A DNA stretch of 32,000 nucleotides from Akkermansia muciniphila ATCC BAA-835 (GCF_000020225.1 NC_010655.1:30001-62000); one strand, 5' to 3'. Counted from the stretch's first letter, positions 9,366-18,600 are shown. Notes: a model not told the origin generated them from the sequence alone. Numbers and translations: made by a program.

Positions 9366-10277
9366 TTAGTTGAGCTTTTCAGGGTATACGCCCTGCTGGA
9401 TAAGTTTGTTGATGCCTTCCACAACCATGGGCTTGTCCCCCGGATAGGTCATGCCGAACCAGGAGGAAGAAGTGGGAAGAACGGCGCAATCCGCCCGGTC
9501 CGCATGAATCAGGGCGTCCACCACGGTGGGAATAAAGCATTCGCTCTTGGGTTCCTGACCGTGTTCTTTCAGGAAGTCAATGAAATGATCCTCCGTCAGT
9601 TCGATGAAGGAGGGGGAGAACAGCCAGAAATTCATGGAAACCAGTTCTGCAGGATCCACCGGCAGGCGTTCGCCCTTCAGGTTGTTGCCGCGCACTACGC
9701 CGTCTTCGTCAGCCTGGATTTTCACGAATTCCTCCACGCCATCCAGAAGGCCGCCCTTGATGGAGCAAATGCCGCGGTTCACGTCCCCGTTGTCGGAGAG
9801 GGTGTTCTTCAGCGGATAGCCGATCATGCCGTAATGGGCCTTGCCGGGTTCATCCGTAGTGGAGGTCAGAAACTTGGCGGCCTGCACAAAAGCGTCCGCA
9901 CCGTAAAAGTCATCCGCATTCACTACGGCAAAGGGTTCCTTCACCACGTGGCGGGCGGCACGCAGGGCGTGGGCGGTGCCCCAGGGCTTTTCCCGGCCTT
10001 CCGGCACGGAGAAGCCTTCCGGCAGGTCGTCCAGGGACTGGAAAGCGTAATCCACCTCAATCTTGCCGGCAAAACGGCTGCCGACCTTTTCCTTGAAAAT
10101 ATCTTCAAAGTCACGGCGGATAATGAATACCACTTTTCCGAAACCGGCCCGGATGGCATCATAAACAGAGTAGTCAAGAACTACTTCCCCGTTGGGGCCC
10201 ATTGGGTCAAGTTGCTTGAGACCGCCGTAACGGCTGCCCATGCCAGCTGCTAAAACAAGAAGTGTAGGCTTCATCAT
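9366..10277 (-). CDS. Sugar-1-phosphate nucleotidyltransferase family protein
   Basis: 303 aa with an N-terminal nucleotide-binding signature LLVLAAGMGSRYGGLKQL (the G-x-G-x-R...K pattern of NTP-transferases). It lies 12 nt upstream of the kinase gene. Confidence 0.7.
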   Translation of the reverse strand: MMKPTLLVLAAGMGSRYGGLKQLDPMGPNGEVVLDYSVYDAIRAGFGKVVFIIRRDFEDIFKEKVGSRFAGKIEVDYAFQSLDDLPEGFSVPEGREKPWGTAHALRAARHVVKEPFAVVNADDFYGADAFVQAAKFLTSTTDEPGKAHYGMIGYPLKNTLSDNGDVNRGICSIKGGLLDGVEEFVKIQADEDGVVRGNNLKGERLPVDPAELVSMNFWLFSPSFIELTEDHFIDFLKEHGQEPKSECFIPTVVDALIHADRADCAVLPTSSSWFGMTYPGDKPMVVEGINKLIQQGVYPEKLN

Positions 10278-10349
10278 ACGCAGGCCATTATGACCAAGCC
10301 TCCCCGTTTGGCAACAGGAAAATGCCGGAAAACCGGAGAAATCCGCCCG

Positions 10350-11069
10350 TTAAAAAACGTAAGAGCACCAAAGCCCCAGCACTACTTTTTTGAAATCGTC
10401 CCGCCCGTAGCCGCAATACCACCCCAGGAAAGGCTCCACCCGCAGACCGCCGGAAACGGCCCACAGCGCCCCCGTGCGCACCATCAGCTCTTTCAAGCCG
10501 TTCCTTCCCAGATAATCGTGGGCAAAACCCAGGGAAACCGTATTCACCATGGCGACGGATTCGCACAGCAGGGGCTGCCAGGTAACGCCCCACTGGGAAT
10601 ATGCACCCTCCTGTCCGGAATCATACAGGAAGGAACCGCGGAAAGACCAGGAAGGGGTGGGATTCCATTTAAGGGACAGGCCCGGCTCCGCCCCGTTCTT
10701 CAGGGGACAGGAATCGTACCACTGCCCGTTGACAAAAAGCCCGGCCGTGCATTCGTCCGCCAGATAATACTGGACTTCCCCGTGTAAAGTGGCCTGACTG
10801 AAATGGCGGCCCTGCCAGTTGCGGATAGCGAAAAGTTCCCCGCTCACCGCCCAGGAATCAGACAGGGAGGCTCCGCCGGAAATCTGGCCCTCCGTGGAAT
10901 CAGCCCCCATCTTTTCCCCCCGGTGGACATAGTATGAACGGTAGCCGCCAAGCATCTCCCCGCCCATGCGGATGGGGGAACGGCCGTCCACCTCCGTCAG
11001 GGGCGGCGGCCCGTCATACCCCAGGACGGCCTGCACGGCACAGCACAGGATGATGGAAAACAGCCTCAT
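10350..11069 (-). CDS. Putative outer-membrane beta-barrel protein
   Basis: Signal peptide MRLFSIILCCAVQAVLG, an alternating aromatic/Gly-rich sequence, and a C-terminal ...LGLWCSYVF ending in Phe, which is a typical OMP terminal signature. Confidence 0.55.
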   Translation of the reverse strand: MRLFSIILCCAVQAVLGYDGPPPLTEVDGRSPIRMGGEMLGGYRSYYVHRGEKMGADSTEGQISGGASLSDSWAVSGELFAIRNWQGRHFSQATLHGEVQYYLADECTAGLFVNGQWYDSCPLKNGAEPGLSLKWNPTPSWSFRGSFLYDSGQEGAYSQWGVTWQPLLCESVAMVNTVSLGFAHDYLGRNGLKELMVRTGALWAVSGGLRVEPFLGWYCGYGRDDFKKVVLGLWCSYVF

Positions 11070-11172
11070 GAAAGACTTTTAACATAATTCGCTGCGCCGC
11101 TCCAACGCCAAAACGGTGCATGCACATTCTCCGGGCTTGGCAAAACGGGAATCTGCCCTTACCCTCTCGCGC

Positions 11173-11865
11173 ATGGTTCATTTCACCCTGTTCGGGATAC
11201 CTGTTTACATCCGCCCCAGCTTCTGGGTGGTGCTGGCCATTTTCGGCGGCGCCCTCAGCATCAGCAGTGTGGAAGATCTCATTTATCCGGCCCTGTTCGT
11301 CATTGCCGGCTTCATCGCCATCCTGTCCCATGAAATGGGACACGCGCTGGTGGGCCGCAAGCTGGGCGGCGGCCAGCAGACGATTGTTCTGGAACTCTTC
11401 GGCGGCCTGACAAGCAGCCATGGCATGCAACTGACGCGCGGAGGGCGGGCCCTCATGATTCTGGCAGGCCCCATGATGACCCTGCTGCTGGGCATCATCA
11501 GCCTGTGGCTCACCTGGAATATCGTCGCTCCTGTCATGGCCTCTTACAACCTGAACTTCTGGGACCTGGCCATCAGCCCCTTCACAGCAGCGCTCATCTC
11601 CCCCAAGCTGTACATTCTCTCCTGCCTCATCATGATTGGAGAATGGTGGACTATCCTGAATCTGCTGCCCATCTACCCCCTGGACGGCGGCCAGCTGATC
11701 GCCCAGTACATCCGCTCCCCCAGGAAAGTATTCATGACCGGCTTCATCACGGCCATCCTCATCGGACTGCTCAGTTTCCAGCTTTTCCACGGCTACTTTA
11801 TCCCCATCTTCATGGCCCTCTTCGCCTACAGCAATTACCGGGAATACAAAAACGCCCCCTTTTAA
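11173..11865 (+). CDS. Peptidase M50 (site-2 protease family) membrane metalloprotease
   Basis: HEMGHALVGRKLGG (an HExxH motif within a transmembrane helix) and a second motif, NLLPIYPLDGGQL. The protein is polytopic. I prefer the ATG at 11173 (MVHFTLFGIPVYIRPSFW). Confidence 0.8.
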   Translation: MVHFTLFGIPVYIRPSFWVVLAIFGGALSISSVEDLIYPALFVIAGFIAILSHEMGHALVGRKLGGGQQTIVLELFGGLTSSHGMQLTRGGRALMILAGPMMTLLLGIISLWLTWNIVAPVMASYNLNFWDLAISPFTAALISPKLYILSCLIMIGEWWTILNLLPIYPLDGGQLIAQYIRSPRKVFMTGFITAILIGLLSFQLFHGYFIPIFMALFAYSNYREYKNAPF

Positions 11866-11922
11866 TATTATTCCGAGTTTCCTTTGCGGGCCCCGCCCGT
11901 TCTATTCAACAAACCATCCAAT

Positions 11923-13443
11923 ATGTCTCAGCAAACCGCAATCACCCCTACCCGCGCCCAGGATTTCCCCGAGTGGTACCAGCAAGTCATCAAGGCCGCC
12001 GACATGGCGGAAAATTCCGAGGTCCGCGGCTGCATGGTCATCAAGCCATGGGGCTACGCCATTTGGGAACTCATTCAAAAGGACCTGGACCAGCGCTTCA
12101 AGGACACCGGCCATACGAACGCCTATTTCCCCCTCCTGATTCCTATCTCCTATCTGGAAAAGGAAGCGGAGCATGCTGAAGGCTTCGCCACGGAATGCGC
12201 CGTAGTCACCCACCACAGGCTGGAAGCGCAAAAGGATGAAGCCACCGGCAAGACACGCATGATTCCCACCGGGGAGCTTACGGAACCCTTCGTCATCCGG
12301 CCCACCTCGGAAACCGTCATCGGCGCGGCTTTCGCCCGCTGGACCTCCAGTTACCGGGACCTGCCCCTCAAAGTCAACCAGTGGTGCAACGTGATGCGCT
12401 GGGAAATGAGGCCCCGAATCTTCCTGCGCACGGCGGAATTCCTGTGGCAGGAAGGGCATACGGCCCATGAAACCCGCGAGGAAGCCATTGAGGAAACCCT
12501 CACCATGCACAAGGTTTATGAAGAATTCCAGCGGGACGTGCTCGCCATCCCCACCATTCCAGGGGAAAAGACGGAGGCGGAACGCTTCCCCGGAGCGGAA
12601 CAAACCTACACGGTGGAAGCCATGGTGCAGGACCGCAAGGCCATCCAGGCAGGGACCTCCCACTTCCTGGGGCAGAATTTCTCCAAGTCCCAGAACATCT
12701 GCTTCGCCGGAAGGGACAACACCCAGCAATTCGCATGGACAAGCTCCTGGGGCGTTTCCACCCGCATGATCGGAGCGCTCATCATGATGCACTCCGACGA
12801 CGACGGACTCGTCTGCCCGCCCCGCGTCGCTCCCCAGCAAATCGTCATCATTCCCGTCACGCCCAAGGAAGAAAGCCGCCAGGCCGTTCTGGACCACTGC
12901 GAGGAACTGGCGCGCACCCTCCGCGCCAAAACCTTCCACGGCCAGCCGCTGCGCGTGCTGGTGGACAGGCGCGACCTGGGCGGCGGCGCCAAGAAATGGG
13001 AATGGGTGAAAAAAGGCGTGCCCGTGCGTCTGGAAATAGGCCCCCGGGACCTGGAAAAAGGCTCCGTCTGCCTTCAGCGGCGCGACCGGCCCGCCAATGA
13101 AAAATCCTTCGTCCCGGAAACGGAACTGATCGATACCGCTGCGGATATTCTCCAAAGCATCCAGGACACCCTGCTTCAGCGGGCCATTGCCTTCCGGGAC
13201 TCCCATATCCGCCCCGCCTCCACTCTGCGGGAATTGGAAGAAAACTTCTCCGGAGAGGGAGATGCAGATTGGCTCCAGGTGCCGTGGGACGGGTCTCCGG
13301 AAGAAGAAGAAGAACTGGCTAAACGGCTGCGCATTTCCATCCGCTGCATCCCGCTCGGCGAGCTGGGCCGCGGCGAACCGGCACCCTGCATCCTCACCGG
13401 ACGTATGACGAAACGCCGTGTTCTCTGGGCCAGAAGCTACTGA
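11923..13443 (+). CDS. proS: Proline--tRNA ligase, archaeal/eukaryotic-like type without the bacterial INS editing domain
   Basis: 506 aa. The N-terminus (FPEWYQQVIKAADMAENSEVRGCMVIKPWGYAIWE), the class II motifs (RWEMRPRIFLRTAEFLWQEGH, GTSHFLGQNF) and the C-terminal ...RVLWARSY ending in Tyr all fit. The ATG at 11923 is preferred over the TTG at 11884. Confidence 0.9.
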   Translation: MSQQTAITPTRAQDFPEWYQQVIKAADMAENSEVRGCMVIKPWGYAIWELIQKDLDQRFKDTGHTNAYFPLLIPISYLEKEAEHAEGFATECAVVTHHRLEAQKDEATGKTRMIPTGELTEPFVIRPTSETVIGAAFARWTSSYRDLPLKVNQWCNVMRWEMRPRIFLRTAEFLWQEGHTAHETREEAIEETLTMHKVYEEFQRDVLAIPTIPGEKTEAERFPGAEQTYTVEAMVQDRKAIQAGTSHFLGQNFSKSQNICFAGRDNTQQFAWTSSWGVSTRMIGALIMMHSDDDGLVCPPRVAPQQIVIIPVTPKEESRQAVLDHCEELARTLRAKTFHGQPLRVLVDRRDLGGGAKKWEWVKKGVPVRLEIGPRDLEKGSVCLQRRDRPANEKSFVPETELIDTAADILQSIQDTLLQRAIAFRDSHIRPASTLRELEENFSGEGDADWLQVPWDGSPEEEEELAKRLRISIRCIPLGELGRGEPAPCILTGRMTKRRVLWARSY

Positions 13444-13461
13444 ACCCTGACACCCCCTTTC

Positions 13462-13518
13462 AACGGGATTGTTCCAAGACAGGCAAAACGGGCCTTTTCG
13501 GAACAATCCCGTTTTTTA
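13462..13518 (+). terminator. Rho-independent terminator after proS
   Basis: A 14-bp stem, AACGGGATTGTTCC (13462-13475) with GGAACAATCCCGTT (13500-13513), followed by a T-run. Confidence 0.75.
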
Positions 13519-13660
13519 CGCCTCTCTGCTTTCCCCAAAAACGGCATGAACAAGAAACGGAGCGGCATACCCCACAGGGCAGAATTCTCCCCTCTCCTGC
13601 CCTATACGCTGGCAACAACGCACACATGTCGGCAAAACAGGATTTTTCTCTAAAAAAATC

Positions 13661-13688
13661 TTGCCAAGGCAAAAAAACCTTATATACT
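13661..13688 (+). promoter_or_regulatory. Candidate sigma70-type promoter for tRNA-Gly
   Basis: TTGCCA (13661-13666), a 16-nt spacer, then TATACT (13683-13688), about 38 nt upstream of the tRNA 5' end. Confidence 0.3.
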
Positions 13689-13726
13689 TTTGGCACACGG
13701 ACGCCGTAAGGCTCCAATCGTTCCAA

Positions 13727-13801
13727 GCGGATGTAGCTCAGGGGTAGAGCGCAACCTTGCCAAGGTTGATGTCGTGGGTTCGAATCCCATCATCCGCTCC
13801 A
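13727..13801 (+). tRNA. tRNA-Gly (anticodon GCC), CCA encoded
   Basis: The cloverleaf can be folded by hand. Acceptor stem GCGGATG/CATCCGC, D-stem GCTC/GAGC, anticodon stem CAACC/GGTTG with loop TTGCCAA, T-arm GTGGG-TTCGAAT-CCCAT, discriminator T, then CCA. Confidence 0.9.
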
Positions 13802-13818
13802 ATTTTTTATAGCAAAAG

Positions 13819-13855
13819 GCCCGCACAGATGTTGATGATGTGCGGGTTTTATATT
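13819..13855 (+). terminator. Rho-independent terminator after tRNA-Gly
   Basis: Stem CCCGCACA (13820-13827) pairs with TGTGCGGG (13839-13846), followed by TTTTATATT. Confidence 0.6.
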
Positions 13856-13974
13856 ATGGTTCGTACAGAAAAACCTGCCCCCCTATTGCAACACCGTTCC
13901 AGGAAACAATTTTCATCTGCTCTGATGAGGCCCACCGGACGTTCCTCCTCCATGCATTTCATGGAAATGTTGCC

Positions 13975-14575
13975 GAAAGGCGGCCTCCGTCAACGTTGCA
14001 GACGTTGCCGGTTATCACAGGCGCATCCTGTATTATTGCTTAATGATTCAGTATTTATCCTCCGGGACACAGGCGGACTTAATGATCACCGGATCAAGAA
14101 CCTGCCGCCATCTGTCATATGCGGAATGATATAACGCAAATCAGGTTTCCTCATCTAAGCATTCGAATATTCGCTGAAGAATCAGCGACAGTTTCATTCC
14201 TGCCACGTTCTATTCTCTCTTGACGGCCAGACTGACCATAAGAAGCGTATTCGTGCAAAGCACACTGTCCTGAACGATTCCCCAGATAGAGCGTTCGTGT
14301 TCTTGAACGTGCCGTGTGTATAGTACAACTCTTCCATATGGGTTTCCGTCTCATCGTAGACAGAAAAGCGAATGTTTTTGTCGAATAGCGTTACACAAAC
14401 TATAGGAAACAGGATCAATGATGGCACATGCTTAAAATAATCTTATAACGCTTCGTTCATCAACTGCCGCAGAAAGTCGGTCGGCAACGATGAGAATCTG
14501 GCTCCCTCCATCAAGAATTAGAAAAAGATAAGACAAGCAGAGCGATTTCCGTAGAAATAGGGAACATAATTCCGC
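13975..14575 (-). pseudogene. Degenerate orphan Rhs core-end fragment with multiple frameshifts and stops, and no intact toxin tip
   Basis: Minus-strand pieces in three frames parallel the end of the main Rhs core. LDGGSQILIVAD matches IYHGYLQIAELD. SVYDETETHMEELYYTHGTFKNTNAL matches VFDETGAYVEDLYYTHDALKNTTAL. ALHEYASYGQS matches ALYEYGPYGSA. DLRYIIPHMTDGGRFLIR matches YNYRYYNPQNGRWISR. NVDGGRL matches the terminal D-x-x-G-L. Confidence 0.55.
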
Positions 14576-14581
14576 ATTTAT

Positions 14582-14995
14582 TTAATAGAAAAGTCTCCAA
14601 GGAAAATATATTTTTTCGCAACAAACCCTGTAAGGCTCTTCTTTTGATTCAGGGGGAATTTTGATTTGCACTTCGATACGGCAGCCTTTCACGAGGTCAG
14701 GGTTGTTTAACAGATACTCCTCGACTTCCGGAGGAATCCGGGCATTTGTTCCGTCTTCGACAACGAACCAGATCTCACAAGTTTTACCTCTCCAGGAAGC
14801 TCCATCGCCTGTTAATTTCATTCCATGCCGGGCAAATATCTTATGGAGTTCCAAATCCTTTTTCACTGTTTTCAACAGAGTTACACTCCTCTCCATACCG
14901 TTTCCCTTATCTATGCCCGACCAGAAGAGGGAGAACGGTAAATAAATGAAGTAAAGAGTGGCTATTCCTATTACAATCCATATTTTCTTTTTCAT
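14582..14995 (-). CDS. Small membrane-anchored protein of unknown function; second immunity or accessory candidate of the Rhs cassette
   Basis: 137 aa with an N-terminal signal anchor (MKKKIWIVIGIATLYFIYLPFSLFW) followed by a soluble domain. Its AT-rich composition matches the Rhs tip module. It sits between the first small ORF and the orphan core relic. Confidence 0.55.
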   Translation of the reverse strand: MKKKIWIVIGIATLYFIYLPFSLFWSGIDKGNGMERSVTLLKTVKKDLELHKIFARHGMKLTGDGASWRGKTCEIWFVVEDGTNARIPPEVEEYLLNNPDLVKGCRIEVQIKIPPESKEEPYRVCCEKIYFPWRLFY

Positions 14996-15151
14996 TGTAA
15001 ATAATTTATCGGCATTATTTACTTTAGTCTTGTTTCGTTGACCTTCCCGATTTTTTATCGAAGCAATTTACTGAATATCAACATCAAGAATATTCTAGAA
15101 ATCTTACAGCAAGATTATTCCACATAATTCCGAAATTAAATAACTGAATCA

Positions 15152-15181
15152 GAAAAAAAATATTGAGCATGTCTACTCAAT
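15152..15181 (-). terminator. Possible weak rho-independent terminator after the rhs / 130-aa ORF unit
   Basis: On the minus strand, ATTGAG-tagacatg-CTCAAT (plus-strand 15162-15181) is followed by an 8-T run (plus-strand A-run 15153-15160). The stem is short and AT-rich, so the call is tentative. Confidence 0.35.
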
Positions 15182-15214
15182 TAAACAATTGGCATAAATT
15201 TATATTCATGCCAA

Positions 15215-15607
15215 TTATTGTTTGGGATGATATTTCCCTTCAAAAGGAATAAATGTCTTACCCGACACCCATGTCCCCTTTATAGGAGATATGTTTATAT
15301 AATATGACCCAGGCGAAAGGAAGACCTTCTCTTCTTTATCTCGTTTCGCGTATAAAATACCTTTACGCAGAGCAAAATCAATGCCAAAGAATTTCATGTG
15401 CTGATTTTCTTTAAGTATAATTTCTTGTGTTCCTCGGGAGGAATGACCAAATGTTACAATGACTTGTAAATTTTTAGTCAGATCTCTCAAGATAATTCGA
15501 TCTGGCTCCATATGTTGATTTTTATTTTCTTCAGATATTGCACAATCAATCAACAATATCGAAAATAAAATGATAAAGAATATTGAAATATATTTATTGA
15601 TTTTCAT
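15215..15607 (-). CDS. Small exported protein; candidate cognate immunity protein for the Rhs zincin tip
   Basis: 130 aa. Its ATG lies inside the last codons of rhs (minus strand gcGATGAAAATCAATAAata), giving a 14-nt overlap with the rhs stop. It has an N-terminal signal sequence MKINKYISIFFIILFSILLIDC with a lipobox-like LLIDC, where the Asp at position -1 is non-canonical. It shares the AT-rich composition of the toxin tip. Confidence 0.65.
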   Translation of the reverse strand: MKINKYISIFFIILFSILLIDCAISEENKNQHMEPDRIILRDLTKNLQVIVTFGHSSRGTQEIILKENQHMKFFGIDFALRKGILYAKRDKEEKVFLSPGSYYINISPIKGTWVSGKTFIPFEGKYHPKQ

Positions 15608-18600
15608 CGCATGGACATTCGATATTTTTTAAAATAGCATCTATTTCATGTTGATTGGCTTTTCCTCCATATTCCCCCATTATATGTCCTTCATGTCCCG
15701 CGTTAGGAACGGAAGTTAAGGAGCCATCTGAATTGGCGACATCTTGATAATCGTCAGAAAGCCCCATAAGATGGCCGGCTTCATGCGCATAAACCCATGG
15801 GACGGCCTGAGAACCCCATACTCCATATCTGCCTCCAACTCCGTTAACATATGAACGATGAGATGAATCTGATGTTATTTCTATATTATTCTCATCACTA
15901 TTGAGAAATCTATAAAGCCATCTGCTTTTCCTGCTCTGAACAGACACATCCGCTGTCACATTAACTACACAGCATCCTTTCTCATATCCATTCCAATTGC
16001 TTTCAATCGATTGTTTTATTCGCTGTGCTGTAGTACGCATTTCTATATTATTAATTGAATCTCCACCTTTCGGATATATCACGATATTCAGGCTCACATT
16101 GATCGAACAATCATCCTTATTTGTAGTTATTGTACGCGCTAATCCTAATTCGTCAGAATATAAGGTAGGCATATTATTAACATATCCATACAAAAGATAG
16201 CTCTCTTTTTCTGTCATAGGATCTCTGCTGATCCACCTACCATTTTGGGGATTATAATAGCGGTAATTGTAGTAAACCAACCCCAGCTCGTCATCAGCAT
16301 ACTCGCTGGAGAACCGGAACGGATTCAACTCCGCCGCATTTCCTTCCATCTTCACGGCAGAGCCGTACGGGCCGTATTCGTACAAGGCTCGGCGCCCCGC
16401 CTTGATGCCGAAGAGCGCCGTCGTGTTCTTCAATGCGTCATGCGTGTAGTAAAGATCTTCCACGTAGGCTCCCGTTTCATCAAAGACGCCCATGGCCAGA
16501 ATGCGCGTGGCCACCGGTTCCTGCGGATCCCACAGGTACGTTTTACGCAGGACGGGCGCCACAGACTCCAAAACCTCCGTGGCATCCAGTTCCGCGATTT
16601 GCAGGTACCCGTGATAGATGAACCGTTTCCTTGACATAAGCGATTCTCCCTCATAGACGGATTTTTCAACCCGCCTGTTCAGATAATCGTATACGCATTC
16701 AATACGCCTGTCCCCCTGTATGAAGCTGACCGCCTGATTCAACGCGTTGTAGGAGGCTTCCCATTCCCCGGTGGCGGTCCGGAGCTTCGTCTGGTTGCCG
16801 TCGGCGTCATAATTCGGCACAAAAGGAGCCTCCTCACCTTCGGTGATATCCGTATATTGATTGACCCGGTTGGCAACGTATGTAGTGGGAAGGGAATCCG
16901 TTCCCTCCAGGGACGTTTTGCGGTTGCCTATGTTATCGTAGGAGTAGCTGTATGTGCCGCCCCGGCTCATCGCATCGCTCACAAGTTCATTCCTGTCATC
17001 GTAGGCGCAGGTGTGCGTCAGGTCGGGTGCAGGCGCGTTAAAGTAGTCTTTCTTCGTGACCGGGCGCCCCAGTATGTCGTAAGAGTAGTCGGTTTTAGCC
17101 GGGTAGTTGGCGCTGCCGGGGCGCAGGTAGTCAATCTTCACCGGGAGGTCGCGCTTTTCTTCCAAAGTGCGCCACCGTTTCAGGGTGTTGGGGTAATCAA
17201 GAGTGTCCAGCAGGCCGGTTTCCTCATTGTAGCCATAGGTGAAGGGCTTCCCGACGGCGTTCAGCGAAACGGAGGATAGCCTTCCGTAGGCGTCATAGGC
17301 CCATGCCGTCTGCAAGGCGGGGGAGCCCGCATAATCCAGACAGTAGCCCGCAGGCCTCCCCACTCCGTCACGGCGGAGGGTTAAGACGCTTGCCGCAAGG
17401 CCAGCCGTCGTTTCCGTTTCCTGTTCGTTATACTGGTTGTACGTGAACATGCGCGTTCCGGAAGCGTCGTCAATCTGCGTCAGCTGCCCCAGATGATTGT
17501 AGAGGCTGCTGATGGAGGGGGTAAAACCGTCGTCATTAAAGGTAATGGAAACGAGCTCCCCAGTAAGGGGGGCGTAGGAGCGCGAAGCAACGGTTCCTCG
17601 CGCGTCCGTCGTAGCGGCAACGCGGTTGAGCATATCGTAAACGGTATCCACATGGGTGGCGTCGGCATAGGTTTTGCGGATAACCAGCCCCGTAGCGATA
17701 TCATACGTCCATGTGGTGATGTCCCCATCCGTCCGGAGGCGGGGATCAGTGGTAATGACATCTCCGGGAACACGGAAAGTGGAAAGGCTAACCATATGGC
17801 CGGCGGCGTCATAAGCATATACGGCGGGCTGTACGGCTGTCCCCCATTCGGCTTCCTTGCGGCCCCGGATGTCATAGAAAGAACAGGCCGTTTTGCCAAG
17901 AGGATTAGTAACGCAGGTAGGCAGATCAAAAGGCTGGCCATAAGCGTAAGTGGTCGTGTTGCCCGCGGCATCCGTGCCGGAGATGATGCGGCCGGCGATG
18001 TCGCAGACGGAGGTAAAGACATTCCCGCGCACATCTGTGTCCGCGTAGGTGATGCCCGTTTCCGTATAGGTGCGCCGCCGAAGGACAGTTGCACCGTCAA
18101 ATCCCGTAACCGCCGTCGTGAATCCGTCCACGATGCGCGTGAGGAAGACGCTCTCGACGCCGGGCACGGTTTTCTTCCGCAGGCGAACAGAACCGCCGCC
18201 ATATTCCATCCATTCCACGGCATCATGGCCGCGGGAATCCGTCATGACGGTTTTGCCGGCAAGGACAGGGCTCAGGGCAGAGAGCAGGGCCGCCCGCTTT
18301 TGAAGAACAGGAGTACCTGAGGAAGTATAGCTTGTTATGGAAACAAGACTATAGACTCCGTCTTCACGGCTCTCGGTCACATAAGCATAGTCAGTAATGC
18401 GGGAGTTCAGGATGGTCGGGTCATCCTCCAGGGCAACGATTGCCCTGGTCCTGTTCCCAAAAGCATCATACGCGTAGAGGGCGGGCGCCATATCCGCCAG
18501 CTGTTCCCTGATGAGGCGCCCCTTGTTATCGTATGCAAGCGTGCGCACGTTTTCCCCATTCAAGGTATTGGCGGCAGCGACCCGTACAAGGTCGCCAAAG

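Noticed and set aside
11902-13506. A 534-aa minus-strand ORF opposite proS. Analogous ORFs lie opposite the AGCS gene (25470-26876) and priA (30028-31392, 30705-31973).
   Set aside because: These are shadow ORFs of well-supported genes. They have no recognisable motifs and their composition is dominated by G, R, A and P.
15675-15695. A second metal-binding motif, HEGH, in the toxin tip (NAGHEGHIMG).
   Set aside because: It is HExH, not HExxH, so it does not form a zincin helix motif. It more plausibly contributes a third ligand or the Met-turn of the upstream HEAGH site.
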